DNA of 64,000 nucleotides from Octopus sinensis (GCF_006345805.1 NC_043004.1:19344001-19408000), one strand, 5' to 3'; shown: positions 1 through 12,620, numbered from the stretch's first letter. Notes: a model not told the origin generated them from the letters alone. Program-made: numbers and translations.

Positions 1-189
1 CCCTTCGTCATAGCAGTGATAACTGGACGGCTGTACACTATTGTGATGATGTGCTTAATGTCATCAAAGCTTAGTTATCTGAGAAAATAGACGAAAGAAT
101 TGTGATAATAAAGCCAGAATAAAGATCAAAGAAATAGTGCGTGTATTTGACAAAAACAGAAAATGACCATCCCCAAATATTAAAAATAC

Positions 190-222
<33 letters not shown>

Positions 223-270
223 ATATTGTATTTGACAAAAACAGAAAATGACCATCCCCAAATATTAACA

Positions 271-322
<52 letters not shown>

Positions 323-329
323 TATATAT

Positions 330-600
330 AATAGTTAATCCAAACAAGAAAGCACAAAAAACCACAACGACGCGAGGACGTGGAACAAATATAGTATTAT
401 TGGACGCTCAGGAAAGAAGGAAAGAAGGAGGGTTTAACGTTTCGAGCGGAGCTCTTCGTCGGAAACATAGGAGAAGGAAAGATCCAGAGAAGGGAAGACA
501 GGAAAAAAAATCGCCAACGGTACACACGAGGTCACATTTTGAAAGACCGGAAGGAAAAGGGCGAAGAAAGATGTTTTCAAAGACAGGAGAGTAGTATTGT
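330..600 (-). mobile_element. Penelope-like (PLE)-derived non-autonomous repeat carrying a hammerhead-like motif
   Basis: Homologous to 44370-44580 (acaacgacgcgaggacgtgg / acaacaatgcgaggatgtgg ... acgtttcgagc ... tcgccaacg); both copies are flanked by microsatellites and contain a hammerhead core. Confidence 0.55.
432..466 (-). ncRNA. Minimal type-I hammerhead ribozyme-like motif (one core substitution)
   Basis: Minus strand reads GTTT-CCGACGA-A-GAGC-tcc-GCTC-GAAAC-GTT-AAAC: stem I GTTT/AAAC, stem II GAGC/GCTC, palindromic ACGT stem III; CCGA in place of CUGA. Confidence 0.55.
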
Positions 601-999
601 CAAAGACAGCAGAATGATAGAGGGGGGAATGTGTGTGTAAGTGTGGATATGTGCGTGCGCGGAGATCTGCGTGTGCGTGTGTGTGTGCGTGTGTGTGTGT
701 ATGTGTGTGTGGTTGTGGCTGTAAACAAAGCGTGTTTGTAGGGCTAGTAGAATAAGGAGTGGTGTCTTTTGTCCCTACCACAGGTCAGTACTGTTACTTT
801 GAAGTATGAATGTATGTATGTATGTATGCATGCATGTATGTATGTATGTATATATGTATGTATGTATGCATATATGTATGTATGTATATATGTATGTATG
901 TGAGTGTATAGTAAGTATACAGCTACTATATATGACAAACGGTAGACAATGTACGATAAAAAGAGTTTATTAACCATCATACCGAAATCAATGGAAATT

Positions 1000-1620
1000 T
1001 CGATAAACTGACATTTACCATACAACTCATAGCGGACTTTCAAAGCAGTTGTTGACCCTAAATGTTAGCATTCACTGAACGACTACCTATTACAAGCTCA
1101 ATGTGCAACACATCCTCCAAAAGAGACAACATAACCTTCTTTCCAAACCGCCCTTGTTTGACAATAGGTTCTGAAGCCTGGTCGGAGCGAAGTCACTGAT
1201 TTCTCTTATTAGGATTACGAAAATAGATGCATTTTTCATCTCAAGTTACAATTCAACATAAAGAAGGAAATCACAAGGGTTTGCCATCAGTTGTTTGCAA
1301 ATGTTCCCAAGTCGTTGGGCTCGGTCATTGGTCAATTTATGAGGTCAGTTCTCGACAGCGTCTGTTCACAAGGCTGAGCTTACGGAGGTGTCGATTGGTT
1401 GCTACTTTATGAAAGAACAAGTTCTGCCGACAATCTACGAGTGATTGATTTTTGCACAACCATTACAAGCAAGGCTTCATCTTCCGCATCAGGTTTAGTT
1501 GGCCTTGATTTTTCTTTTTAATTGGTATCACCTTCCTTGAACCAATTTTGTGACACACGTTCGGTGGCCGTTGCTGAGCCTTCCACATGATTAATTTCTT
1601 TTGCTGAGCTTTTTTCCACA
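1000..1620 (-). mobile_element. Decayed mariner (Tc1/mariner) transposase fragment
   Basis: Minus-strand translation with stops and frameshifts gives NWFKEGDTN, INRHLRKL, IVT*DEK and EPIVKQGRFGKKVML, matching the mariner HTH region, the TGDEKW motif and the KKVML motif. Confidence 0.8.
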
Positions 1621-1844
1621 AGTAGCATAAAATGGTACCAATAGCAATTTATTCATCACTCATTATCAAAGCTCTAAAATAAAGACTAAGCAATTAATGT
1701 TTACATGTTATATATGAAAATAAAGAACAAAAGAAACAGGAATTGGGCAAGTTAAACCAAATTACCATGGAGACACAACTTGCCAAAATTCATTCGTGAA
1801 AATCCGAAAAAATTCTTTTGACTCAACATGGCATATCCTTTCCA

Positions 1845-2050
1845 CTATAGACACAAGGCATTAAATTTTGCAGGGAGGAGGCTAGTCAATTATATCTATC
1901 CCAGTGCTCAACTAGTGTCTACTTTATCGACTCAGAAAGGATGAAAGGCAAAGTCGACCCCAGTGGAATTCGAACTCAGACTGTAAAACCGGAAGAAATT
2001 CCGCTAAGCACTTTGTCCGGCGTGCTAACGATTTTGCAAGCTCACCGCCT
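1845..2050 (-). mobile_element. SINE family B (tRNA head, Meta-like core), diverged copy
   Basis: Contains aaggatgaaaggcaaagtcgacc...ggaattcgaactcaga...gtgctaacg...gctcaccgcc, the reverse complement of the family seen on + at 51793. Confidence 0.85.
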
Positions 2051-2630
2051 TCATATTTGTATATATGTCCATACTTACGCACATATGCATTCACACGTGT
2101 AATCTTTTCGCTAAAATAAATACATCAGTTAAATATATGCTGCATCGATTTATTTTTGCAACTGCAATATCAATATGAGCAGCTTTAATAGCAACAAAAC
2201 AACTGCATCGAGTTACCAATCTCCAATTGACAACTATATACTGCCAGGAATAATCTAAAACTCTAGGCAATATTTGAAACTAAGGTAAGAAGTAAACTTT
2301 TAACTAAAACAAAATTACTTTTCGCGTTTTGGGCAAAATATCAAGAGGAATCGATTGCCTGTTCTGCAGAGATTTATATGAGAACCATATTGGCATATGT
2401 TCAAGGTTACGCATTTCAATGTTTTCACAAATATGAAGGTGTGAATTTCATCTTTAGTTAAGCAATGGAAATATAACATTCCTGATTTAATTATCTGTCC
2501 TATAAAATATTAAAGATCTGGACTGAATGATTATATTCATTCGTGCACGCACACACACATATACACTCTTAGCCCCCCTGCCTATTATAAATACATATAT
2601 GGTGTGTGTGTATATGTGTGAATGTGTATG

Positions 2631-2694
<64 letters not shown>

Positions 2695-2739
2695 ATATAT
2701 ATATATATATATATATACTATATTATATTATTATATATA

Positions 2740-3154
2740 GGCGCAGGAGTGGCTGTGTGGTAAGTAGCTTGCTAACCAACCACATGGTTCCGGTTCAGTC
2801 CCACTGCGTGGCATCTTGGGCAAGTGTCTTCTGCTATAGCCCCGGGCCGACCAATGCCTGTGAGTGGATTTGGTAGACGGAAACTGAAAGAAGCCTGTCG
2901 TATATATGTATATATATATATATATAATATATATAGTGTGTGTTGTGTGTGTGTCTGTGTTTGTCCCCCTAGCATTGCTTGACAACCGATGCTGGTGTGT
3001 TTACGTCCCCGTCACTTAGCGTTCGGCAAAAGAGACCGATAGAATAAGTACTGGCTTACAAAGAATAAGTCCCGGGGTCGATTTGCTCGACTAAAAGATG
3101 GTGCTCCAGCATGGCCGCAGTCAAATGACTGAAACAAGTAAAAGAGTAAAAGAG
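2740..3154 (+). mobile_element. SINE family A, full dimeric form (tRNA head, CORE-like ccttgggcaag, (TA)n(GT)n linker, Meta-like right arm)
   Basis: ggcgcaggagtggctgtgtggtaag...gaagcctgtcg-(TA)n-(GT)n-...gactgaaacaagtaaaagag; near-identical to 24203-24622 and 56879-57290. Confidence 0.9.
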
Positions 3155-3304
3155 AGTATATATATATACACACACATATATGTTTATAATTGCATATATA
3201 TATATTAACAATTGAGGATAAAATATTTAAAAGAAATTAGTTGGCGTGAAAAATCTCGTAAGAGAAAAAATCCGTAAATTTTTCCATTTTGAAAATATTT
3301 ATTT

Positions 3305-3539
3305 ATATTATATAAAGGGTACTACTATTCGTAGATACCACACGCTAAAGAGGGACCAATGCGGTCAAAACTACTAAAATAAACAACTAAAATAAACAGG
3401 TGATATGTAACTAAATTCTTTTTTTAAATGATTTGCTTTGAAGTTTTGTATTCGGTGAAATTTTGTTTATTTTAGTAGTTTTGACCGCATTGGTCCTCCT
3501 TAGCGTGTGGTATCTACGAATAGTAGTAACCTCAATATA

Positions 3540-3545
<6 letters not shown>
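3305..3545. mobile_element. MITE-like element with ~80-bp terminal inverted repeats
   Basis: tactactattcgtagataccacacgcta...ggaccaatgcggtcaaaactactaaaataaacaa is inverted at 3464-3543; AT-rich spacer and TA-rich flanks. Confidence 0.8.
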
Positions 3546-3582
<37 letters not shown>

Positions 3583-3689
3583 AATTGCATATATGTGTGT
3601 GTGTTGAATAAATAGATCGGAAGATAAATAGACAGACAGATAGATGGACAGACAATCAGACAGGCAGCCAGACAGATATATATATATAT

Positions 3690-3754
<65 letters not shown>

Positions 3755-3935
3755 CATACTATGAGATGGATGACCACTACTGAACCTTCAGTTCTTTTTT
3801 ATATGCTAAACCACTGGTGTGAAATTGATGTTAATTAAATAATATCAAGTTCCTCACCATCATTTTGAAATTAAATATATATATGTATATATATGTGGTG
3901 TAATATATATGTATGTGTATATATATATATAGATC

Positions 3936-3952
<17 letters not shown>

Positions 3953-3967
<15 letters not shown>

Positions 3968-4046
3968 ATAGATAGATATAGATAGATAGATAGTTAGATA
4001 GATAGATTATAGATAGAGATAGACCGACAGATAGACAGATAGATAA

Positions 4047-4103
<57 letters not shown>

Positions 4104-4150
4104 GCAGGAGACAGACAGACAGACATAGATAATAGATAGATAGAGATAGA

Positions 4151-4219
<69 letters not shown>

Positions 4220-4228
4220 TAGATAGAT

Positions 4229-4323
<95 letters not shown>

Positions 4324-4330
4324 CAGACTG
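3953..4330. repeat. (GATA)n/(GACA)n microsatellite
   Basis: Direct reading of the sequence. Confidence 0.95.
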
Positions 4331-6444
4331 AATGATAGAAATTACACAGATATTTAGATGTATGCCTTTATATGTGTATGCATGTGTGTCTGTTTATATA
4401 AGTATGTGTTTTGTGTTTATATTTGTTTGTATGTGCGTGTGTGAGAGAGTGTGTGTGTGTGTGTGCATGTGTATGTGTGTATACGTGTGTACATAGCTCA
4501 AATGTCTAAATACATTGTAAAGTGTAACTGTTGCTGCAGATGAAAACGAAGGAGTGTAATTAATAATGAAAGAAGCAGACGACATGAGTATAGTTTTCAA
4601 AAGTACAAATACCATTGTTATATAGTTAAATATTTAATATGATACTTCTTTGCCGCCAATACGACAACAATATTGTCAAGAATGCTTTTGACCAAATTTC
4701 TGCAGTAATCTGGGTTACCTACAGTGTGAAGACCTAAGTATTTTTTTCCTTTTTTTTTCAAACGCGAAGCTGATAAAGCATTTTATACTGTAATTTCGTT
4801 TATTTTTAATGATCCCAAAAATTTTGATAGGATTTAGGCCAGGAGATGATCCTGGCCATTTACTTTGTAGAGTAAATATCATTACTTGTAAGGCAGTTTT
4901 TTACGCTTTCACCCTTGATGCCTGATCCTGCCGGTAAAAGGTACAATAATTGATGAACCTTATGGAAAGGAAACTTCTCCGAAATATCCAAATAGATTTA
5001 GAGTTTATTGTTTTACCTTCATACATTATCTAAATATTGTTTCTCATCTTTGCAGGAATAACCACTATATTATAATAGAAAGGCTTCACTTATTGCATGT
5101 CTGTACTTAGGATTGCGGCTTGAGTTTGGTGGACAACTAACAAAAGGAGGTCAGATCATTAATGCATAATGAGCTAGATAGATTTAAGAAAGATCTATCT
5201 AGCTCATATCCACTTATATTTCTCCTTATATAGAGACCATCGTCTTCACAAAATATCAGCATGAGCTTATATGAAAAAGGCCTAGATCATATATATCTAT
5301 GGGTTCCTATTATTGAGCAATATTACGTGCAGCCATACAAAAATTAAATAGATAATTTTAAATTTTTATTGGCTGCAATGGAATTACCTGACACTAATGT
5401 AACTATAGTAGACATTTATAGTAGAAATTTATACAACAGAAAGTAGCTTGGTAGAAATACGTTTAATTCTTATCGTAAACTTAATGAGCAATCGTTTTAC
5501 ATAAATAAGACTTCTATCCAATCAAGTAGCATGTTCCCTAACTTAAGCCTTAACATTCGTAGCCACATAGTGTCTTTATCACAACCACATTTATTAGTGC
5601 TTCTCGGAACATCCCTCTTGAACAACAGCCTCTCTGAAAAGATGCGCTATCTACTTAGGTTTAATGTCCCAAAGCGCAGGAATAGAATGCGTACAATTTT
5701 GTGATATAATCTTGCTTTTAGATGAAATGCGAAAACGAATATAGCAACAGTCCAGAAATTACAATTTTAAACGACTTTCTTCCACGATAAGCTGAAATTT
5801 TGTATTTACTTCAAACTATCAATTATAATTCCCTTCCTGAGCGAAATTGCTTGGCGAAATAGAGTACTGAACATATCTACACCTGAGTGACAGCGAAATC
5901 TTACATTAGATTGATTGAACCAAAATGTATCAGCAGAGATTTTCAGTACAAACACCGAGAGAAAGTTTGCAACAACTTTTGAGAAAGAAGACCACGTAAG
6001 TTTAAAATCACTTACATGTTTATGATGGAGTACTACCATAACGGGATTGCAGCATTTTGTTGAAGATTTGCTGTCATTTGTGTCTATCCGAAAAGGTGCT
6101 TATTTGAAGATAACGTAGTCTCAGCATTCTCAGGGTTTGAATTTGAGTTGTGAAATTGTATTTCATTGTTAACATACCAAAAATATTGTTTGATTCATTA
6201 TATGATTCATTAATTTATAACAGTAACATTAGTATGACTTCATTGTGTGCCTTTGGACAGCTCATCTATTTGTTGTCTTCAAATCTAATATCAGAAAATA
6301 AAAAAGGAAACTCTTAATTGTTGGGGCTAAATTTGACAGTTTGCATGAAAAGAAAAGCTAACACAATATTCCATCCAAAAACAAATGTTTTTTTTTTTTT
6401 TTTCATGAAAGAATATCAATTAGATTATGTCTGGAAGATAACAG

Positions 6445-6900
6445 TTTATTCCAAGTAGTTGCCCTTATCTCCCACCACGGCCTGAAGATGGCTCCAGAAA
6501 CTGAGGCATGCATACCTCACCGTAACCCTGCGAAGATCTTGGAACACCTTGATTTTGGTGTTGTACGCAGAGCAGTTGGTGTCTTTCTCAACCGTGCTTC
6601 ACATATAGTAAATCCTTGGGATTACAATTGGCGGAAGTTGTAAAAATTCTCTCTGACAACTTCTGATTCTTTCCGTAGGTTTGGCACTGAGCTGATCATG
6701 CTACTACATGTATATCCCCCCACCACCACCACCACCATCAGCAGCAGCAACTCTCCCCATCCAGAACTTGATCACAGTCTTCAGAAGCTTTACATAGCTG
6801 TCCGAATTAAGAGCCTAAGGCCATGATCAAACAGGTGGGGGCGGCATAATGTCCCCCTCACTGGAGACTCAGCCAAAGGGCATCACGGTTTGGGGGAATT
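6445..6900 (-). mobile_element. Decayed Tc1/mariner-superfamily transposase, catalytic C-terminal half
   Basis: Minus strand gives VSSEGDIMPP, LRLNSDSYVKLLKTVIKFWMGRVAA, NCNP, EKDTNCSAYNTK and SHLQAVVGDKGNYLE*. Confidence 0.8.
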
Positions 6901-6962
6901 TTTATGATACGCGGGACATGATACGAACTATATATATGTGTGTGTGTTTGTGTGTATATATT

Positions 6963-7055
<93 letters not shown>

Positions 7056-7368
7056 GAGGGAGATAGATAGATAGATTGATATATAGATAGATATAGATAT
7101 ACATATATATATATATTTATCATGTCACAGCATTGAACAGCAGTCATGATGCCGGCATTTTGATACCCGACGAAGAATCACCATGATACAGGTAATTTTT
7201 TTCCAATATTCAGATGGCTTACAGTCCTCCATTTCAGCAAACATTTTCTCAATCACAACTTTAATTTTTATGCTCTTCAAAGCCTTTCCCTGTTTACCAA
7301 TACATGAAGCTGTTCTTGAAATAAGAAAACATGAAAGTCGTCAATTTTAACCCGTATGTGTGAGTGTA

Positions 7369-7421
<53 letters not shown>

Positions 7422-7648
7422 TAGATAAATGAATTATCTTATTACGGATAATTCGAGAGATAACCGATACCTGGGTAGCAAACTCACAACAGAAAGAATA
7501 CGGTTGAAATTACGACCAAAGGGCATATACTCCGTGCCTTAGTGCGGAAATTTGAAGTCTAATAGTATAAGTATAGGAAAGAATGGAGCTGAACGAAGAT
7601 TTAACAAAATTCCTTTATTTTATTTTCAATTTGAAAATAAAATTTTGT

Positions 7649-7699
<51 letters not shown>

Positions 7700-7703
<4 letters not shown>

Positions 7704-7796
7704 TATGCTATACTATACTATACTATACCCTGCTATACTGTACTATACTATATTATACTATACTATACTATATTATACAATACTATACTATACTAC
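7700..7796. repeat. (TATAC)n pentanucleotide microsatellite following (TA)n
   Basis: Direct reading of the sequence. Confidence 0.9.
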
Positions 7797-8162
7797 GGAA
7801 CTCCGTCGGTTACGTTAACGAAGGTTCAAGTTGATCAGATCAACGAAACAGCCTGTTCGGGAAATTAACGTGTAAGTGACTGAGCATTCTACAGACACGT
7901 GTACCCTTGACGTAGTTCTCGGGGAAATTCAGCGTGACACAGAGTGTGACAAGGCTGGCCCTTTGAAATACAGGTACAACAGAAACAGGAAGAAAGAGTG
8001 AGAGAAAGTTGTGGTGAAAGAGTACAGCAGGGTTTGCCACCACCCCTTGCCGGAGCTTCGTGGAGCCTTAAGTGTTTTCGCTCAATAAACATTCACAACG
8101 CCCGGCCTGCGAATCGAAACCGCGATCCTATACCCTAACCACTGGGCCATTGCGCCTCCACA
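7797..8162 (-). mobile_element. SINE family C (tRNA-derived head gtggaggcgcaatggcccagtggttagg)
   Basis: The reverse complement has A-box and B-box-like motifs (tggcccagtgg; ggtttcgattcg); homologous to 37155-37471. Confidence 0.8.
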
Positions 8163-8231
8163 CACACACACGCACACACGCACACACGCACACACGCGCA
8201 CACACGCACACTCGTATATTTTGTTGTATCT

Positions 8232-8471
8232 GGAGATAGTCATTTTGTCTTTACGCCTTATTTATTAACCAACACACTCACCGGTTCGATTTCCACATGC
8301 TCTCAAACAAACTAAAGGAACACAAGTCCGATAATGGAAAGAGTCGTAAACTACTGAGAAGGTTGCAAGACACAACGAAAATTCTGGGAGAAAGAAAGGC
8401 ATGAATAAATTGAGTGGAAATCGAACCGGTGAGTGTATTAGTTTATAAGGCATAAGACAAACTGACTCTCC
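8232..8471. mobile_element. MITE-like element with ~55-bp imperfect TIRs
   Basis: ggagatagtc...acactcaccggttcgatttccac is inverted as gtggaaatcgaaccggtgagtgt...gactctcc. Confidence 0.75.
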
Positions 8472-8598
8472 CCAGACACAAAAAATACTTCGACACAGGA
8501 ATTCACATAAAGAATATTGAAAACCAGATAGAAAAACGGACTATATATATGTGTGTGTGTTTGTGTGTATATATATATATTATATATATATATATAAT

Positions 8599-8702
<104 letters not shown>

Positions 8703-8994
8703 TTTATATATAGATATATATATATATATATATATATATTTTTTATATATATCCTGAGTTATTAAATAGACTTTGTTTCAAATTCAGACTCACGCATGCT
8801 TGCTTCAAAACATATAACTCTATAATTTTGATGTACTCGGGTTTCCCTATTCGCACTAGTATGGATTTATATGCTTTTTATAATTATCGTTTTTATTTAC
8901 GCGATTGTATACTACTGTTGCAATTTACCTGGTCACAATTTAATCATATGTATACTTAATTTGATAAGTTCGATAAAATTACGAACCTGTTTCG

Positions 8995-9218
8995 TATTTC
9001 TTTACTGCCCACAAGGGGCTACACACAGAGGGGACAAACAAGGACAGACAAACGGATTAAGTCGATTATATCGACCCCAGTGTGTAACTGGCACTTATTT
9101 AATCGATCCCGAGAGGATGAAAAGCAAAGTCGACCTCGGCGGAATTTGAACATAGCGGCAGACGAAATACCGAAAAGCATTTCGCCCGGCGTGCTAATGT
9201 TTCTGCCAGCTCGCCGCC
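8995..9218 (-). mobile_element. SINE family B, near full length
   Basis: tatttctttactgcccacaagggg...aagtcgacctcggcggaatttgaa...gctcgccgcc. Confidence 0.9.
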
Positions 9219-10116
9219 TTACGAACCTGTTTCACCTTACAAACGCAATTTTATCTGCATACGTTAGACGTTTATTGTATTTCCTCCTTATTCCCACCTC
9301 GTCTTCCACCACGTTTCAGTTTTTCCTTTTAAGGAGTTTGTTTTAAGAAGTTCGTTTCAAACAAAGGACTTTTCGAATGAGTTTTAGCAATTTGTTTCAT
9401 CACACAATCAAAATGTGTAATCAATTTTGAATATTTTCTAGTTGGACAGAATAATCCGTTGTGTTTGTTCTACCTCTTGGCGTTCAAGTCCCGCTGCTAT
9501 AAACTTTGTATTTCATCATTTCGGGGGCGAAAACAAATCATAGCAACGACACTAATGCCAAACTATGTAGCCTTTCCTTTGGTTAAACACCAGTAAAATG
9601 GAGAGGGAAGACTTAAATGATTGATCAATGCCAGTCTTCCTAAAAATAGATTTATAAAGGCCTGCACGTACATGTGCACATATCTGGTAAATCTTGAAAG
9701 ACAAATGCCCTCTTATATATGGTGGTTTTATCTTATGCTATTCATTATTATGACGGTCAGGTAGGGAAAATCTTTCTACTAGTACTATGTAAACCAGTAC
9801 TACATGTTTCATAGTTGGATGGTCGGCGACTAAACCGCCTACCATCCACCACCTTGCTTGTTAGGTGAAGAGGGTGTTGCGGACACTCTACAGGATTTTA
9901 AAAATAGATCTGTCAAAAAACGGATGTGGTCATTGAAGCCAATGGCCTTCAATACTCAGCACATGTGATGACAAAACTGTATAGCTGCTCCAAGATGTAG
10001 CCACGAAAATTCTAACGAAGATTAGAAATAATTTTAAACTATGAAGTTTCCAGTAACTATGATGACAAATTATAGTAGTAGATAAGCGAGTATGTATAAA
10101 AGCGAGTATAAAAAGC

Positions 10117-10176
<60 letters not shown>

Positions 10177-10180
<4 letters not shown>

Positions 10181-10517
10181 TGCATGCGTGGATGTGCGGC
10201 AAAAAGCTTCCTTCCCAAGCAAATAATTCTGGGTTCAGTCCCACTGCGTGGCACCTTGAGCAACTGTTTTCTACTACAGTCTCAGTGAACCAACGCCTTG
10301 TGAGTGGACTGGATAGACGAAAACTGAAAGAAGCCCGTCGTACATCTATAAAACTGTACGTTTGTGTGTGGGTGTGTGTTTGTGTGTCTGTGCTTGGCCT
10401 CCCACTATCGCCACTATGCTTACAGAGAATAAGTCTTGGGGTCATTTTGTTAGACTAAAGGCGTTGCTCCAGCATGGCCGCAGTCAACTGACTGAAACAA
10501 ATGAAAGAATAAAAGAA
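10177..10517 (+). mobile_element. SINE family A, diverged dimeric copy
   Basis: cccactgcgtggcaccttgag...gaagcccgtcg...gctccagcatggccgcagtcaactgactgaaac. Confidence 0.85.
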
Positions 10518-10559
10518 CATATATATATATATATTAATAAATAAAACATATGCATATAT

Positions 10560-10790
10560 ATAAACATATATGTACGTACCTACCTCTACATGTATATATA
10601 CACGCAATATGAGTACAGGACACCAAAAGAACGTCGAACACAATGAGAAACGAAAACAGAGACACAAACCCAAGGAACTGGACACTTTTTTAAACAACAA
10701 AAAAATAGAGTACAGGACAATTAACACAAAGAAAAAAAGCCCTTCTTCAGTCGCCATGGTTTCATCTACTCTACGTTTCGAGGTGTGAAG
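10560..10790 (-). mobile_element. Probable PLE-derived repeat
   Basis: Minus strand has gaaacgtag...ctgaagaaggg...tgtgttaattgtcc, related to the + copy near 19320-19450. Confidence 0.4.
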
Positions 10791-10858
10791 GCGTATATAT
10801 TTATATATATGTATATATATATATATATTATATACATGTATATATAGTATATATATAA

Positions 10859-10917
<59 letters not shown>

Positions 10918-10983
10918 ATATATCGTGACGTATTTTTGCCATTTCAATATGGCTAACCCCTAAGGGCTATATAAGGGTTATAT

Positions 10984-11025
<42 letters not shown>

Positions 11026-11121
11026 ATATATATTATATATATATATGTATATATATATATATACTATATATATATATGTATATATATAGTATATATATAC
11101 ATATATATACATATATATATA

Positions 11122-11184
<63 letters not shown>

Positions 11185-11203
11185 TATGTATGTAAGTATG
11201 TAT

Positions 11204-12620
11204 AACGGACTCTCCTGTCGTTAGACGACGTATGAGGGCTCAGCAATTTCTTACCGAACGAAACTGGTCTTCCCACAGTTCCCATCTTTTAGCGAACTGA
11301 ACTCTAGGATCAAATGCAGACCTAGGTTGGGTGCTTGGCAAGCAGAGTGCAGTGAAGCCCTCATGCTTCTCTGCCAAATGGGTAACGCGTGAGGCGGGAG
11401 TTCCACCTCGCTTTTCTATAGAAGGTTAGTGGTCAGCAAGTGCGATGATGTTCTCGGGGAGACCCTTAAGTTCGATGACGGCCAGCTAACCAGACTATTT
11501 CGAGGGACTTTCGAGCCGGGGTTTATGGTCAAATACCAGAAATCTCTGCGCTAGCAGTGCTACCAAGCAACACTGTTTGATCGAGATAAACTCTTTAGGC
11601 ATAAAACTGCAGCCACACGGACATATCCGAGATGCGAGCAGAGCAATGAAACTGTTCTACACGCGATCTTAGTGCTTGCTGATTTCTAATCTATGGGCTT
11701 ATTTTGAACAGCTGCTGTGGCGTATGAAAAGAGCACAGTTGTCAGCTGAGTCCATCATTAAGATTTTTCCGCTGCCTTCCTTCAATAAGGAAAGGCAGGC
11801 AGCTTTTCCCTGTTTGGTGGCTATAGCAAAAGAGGTCGTGTTGTTGACGCCTATGAAAGGGATAAGGACGGGCAAGGGAGTGAAGAGAACGACAAACTAA
11901 AATCCCACCAGTGACATCATAACTAAGGACATGCAAACTACCATGGAAGACCACACCACGAAGGCGACCGATCGCAAATGGAGGGAAGTCGTAAAGAAAA
12001 AAGGCAAAAGAAAAAGCACTTCCCCAACACCCGTTCACACTACAGATACACATCCTCCTGCACATACGCACTCACACTTTTACACAAGAATCACAATCAT
12101 CGGCACCAATACCGTCAGATACTGTCATCAACCTCACAGACATCAATACCAACAACACACTACTAGTTGAACACACACGCAAGAATCCCCTCATCACCCC
12201 ATTCAAAACTCCTACCTCACACCCACTAATGCCCAACCACATCCAATTCATCCACATAGACAATCATTCACACATTGAATTAAAGAGAACTTCCCTAACG
12301 ATGTTGGACCCCTTCAGCTGGCTTTCCCAAAACATTTGTACTTTAATTTAATGAAGGATGCTGCACAGGTCACACTGGAGAGGGAGGATTTACCTTCATC
12401 CCTCACAGGAGATTAAAAATAAGTAAACTTTTCGTACCTCTCCTCTCATGGTCTTCCTCAAACTTTGCAGCGAGAATGTGCGTGGCCTGGGATCGCATTG
12501 GAAGCAAACACGCTATAGTTTTCTGTGCTTTATTACTTAGTTTAGGTTTATTTCTATGTTCTGTATTTAATGTTGTCAATATTATTTCTGTTCGTTGCAT
12601 TCACATGTGGGATATTTTTA
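11204..12620 (+). mobile_element. L1/Tx1-type non-LTR retrotransposon, ORF2 3' remnant, interrupted at ~11880-12360
   Basis: Translation QCYQATL..RDKLFRH..YPRCEQSNETVLHAIL...LWAYFEQLL...AKEVV..MKGIRT resembles the zf-RVT C-terminus; homologous to 37545-38200 and 46130-47250. Confidence 0.7.
11880..12340 (+). mobile_element. LINE ORF1-like fragment (basic, Thr/Pro/His-rich) inside the Tx1 remnant
   Basis: ORF 11931-12170 contains KWREVVKKKGKRKSTSPTP, resembling LINE ORF1 N-termini; identification is by resemblance only. Confidence 0.35.

Noticed and set aside
143-330. Tandem ~85-bp duplication containing (TA)n
   Set aside because: Real, but an ordinary slippage-associated duplication at a microsatellite edge.
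2740-2830. tRNA-like A/B boxes in SINE heads
   Set aside because: No complete cloverleaf; each runs into SINE body sequence, so these are not tRNA genes.
4646-4928. Possible minus-strand micro-exons (GSGIKGESVKNCLT; GNPDYCRNLVKSILD)
   Set aside because: Weak splice sites, and only a superficial resemblance to NTPDase motifs.
10740-10790. GAAAC...CUGAAGA order suggesting a type-II hammerhead (also ~19330-19390)
   Set aside because: No stem I can be formed between the cleavage triplet and the core.
10790-11130. Phase flips (aa/tt) within (TA)n tracts as a possible code
   Set aside because: Best explained by slippage or consensus error; no periodicity seen.
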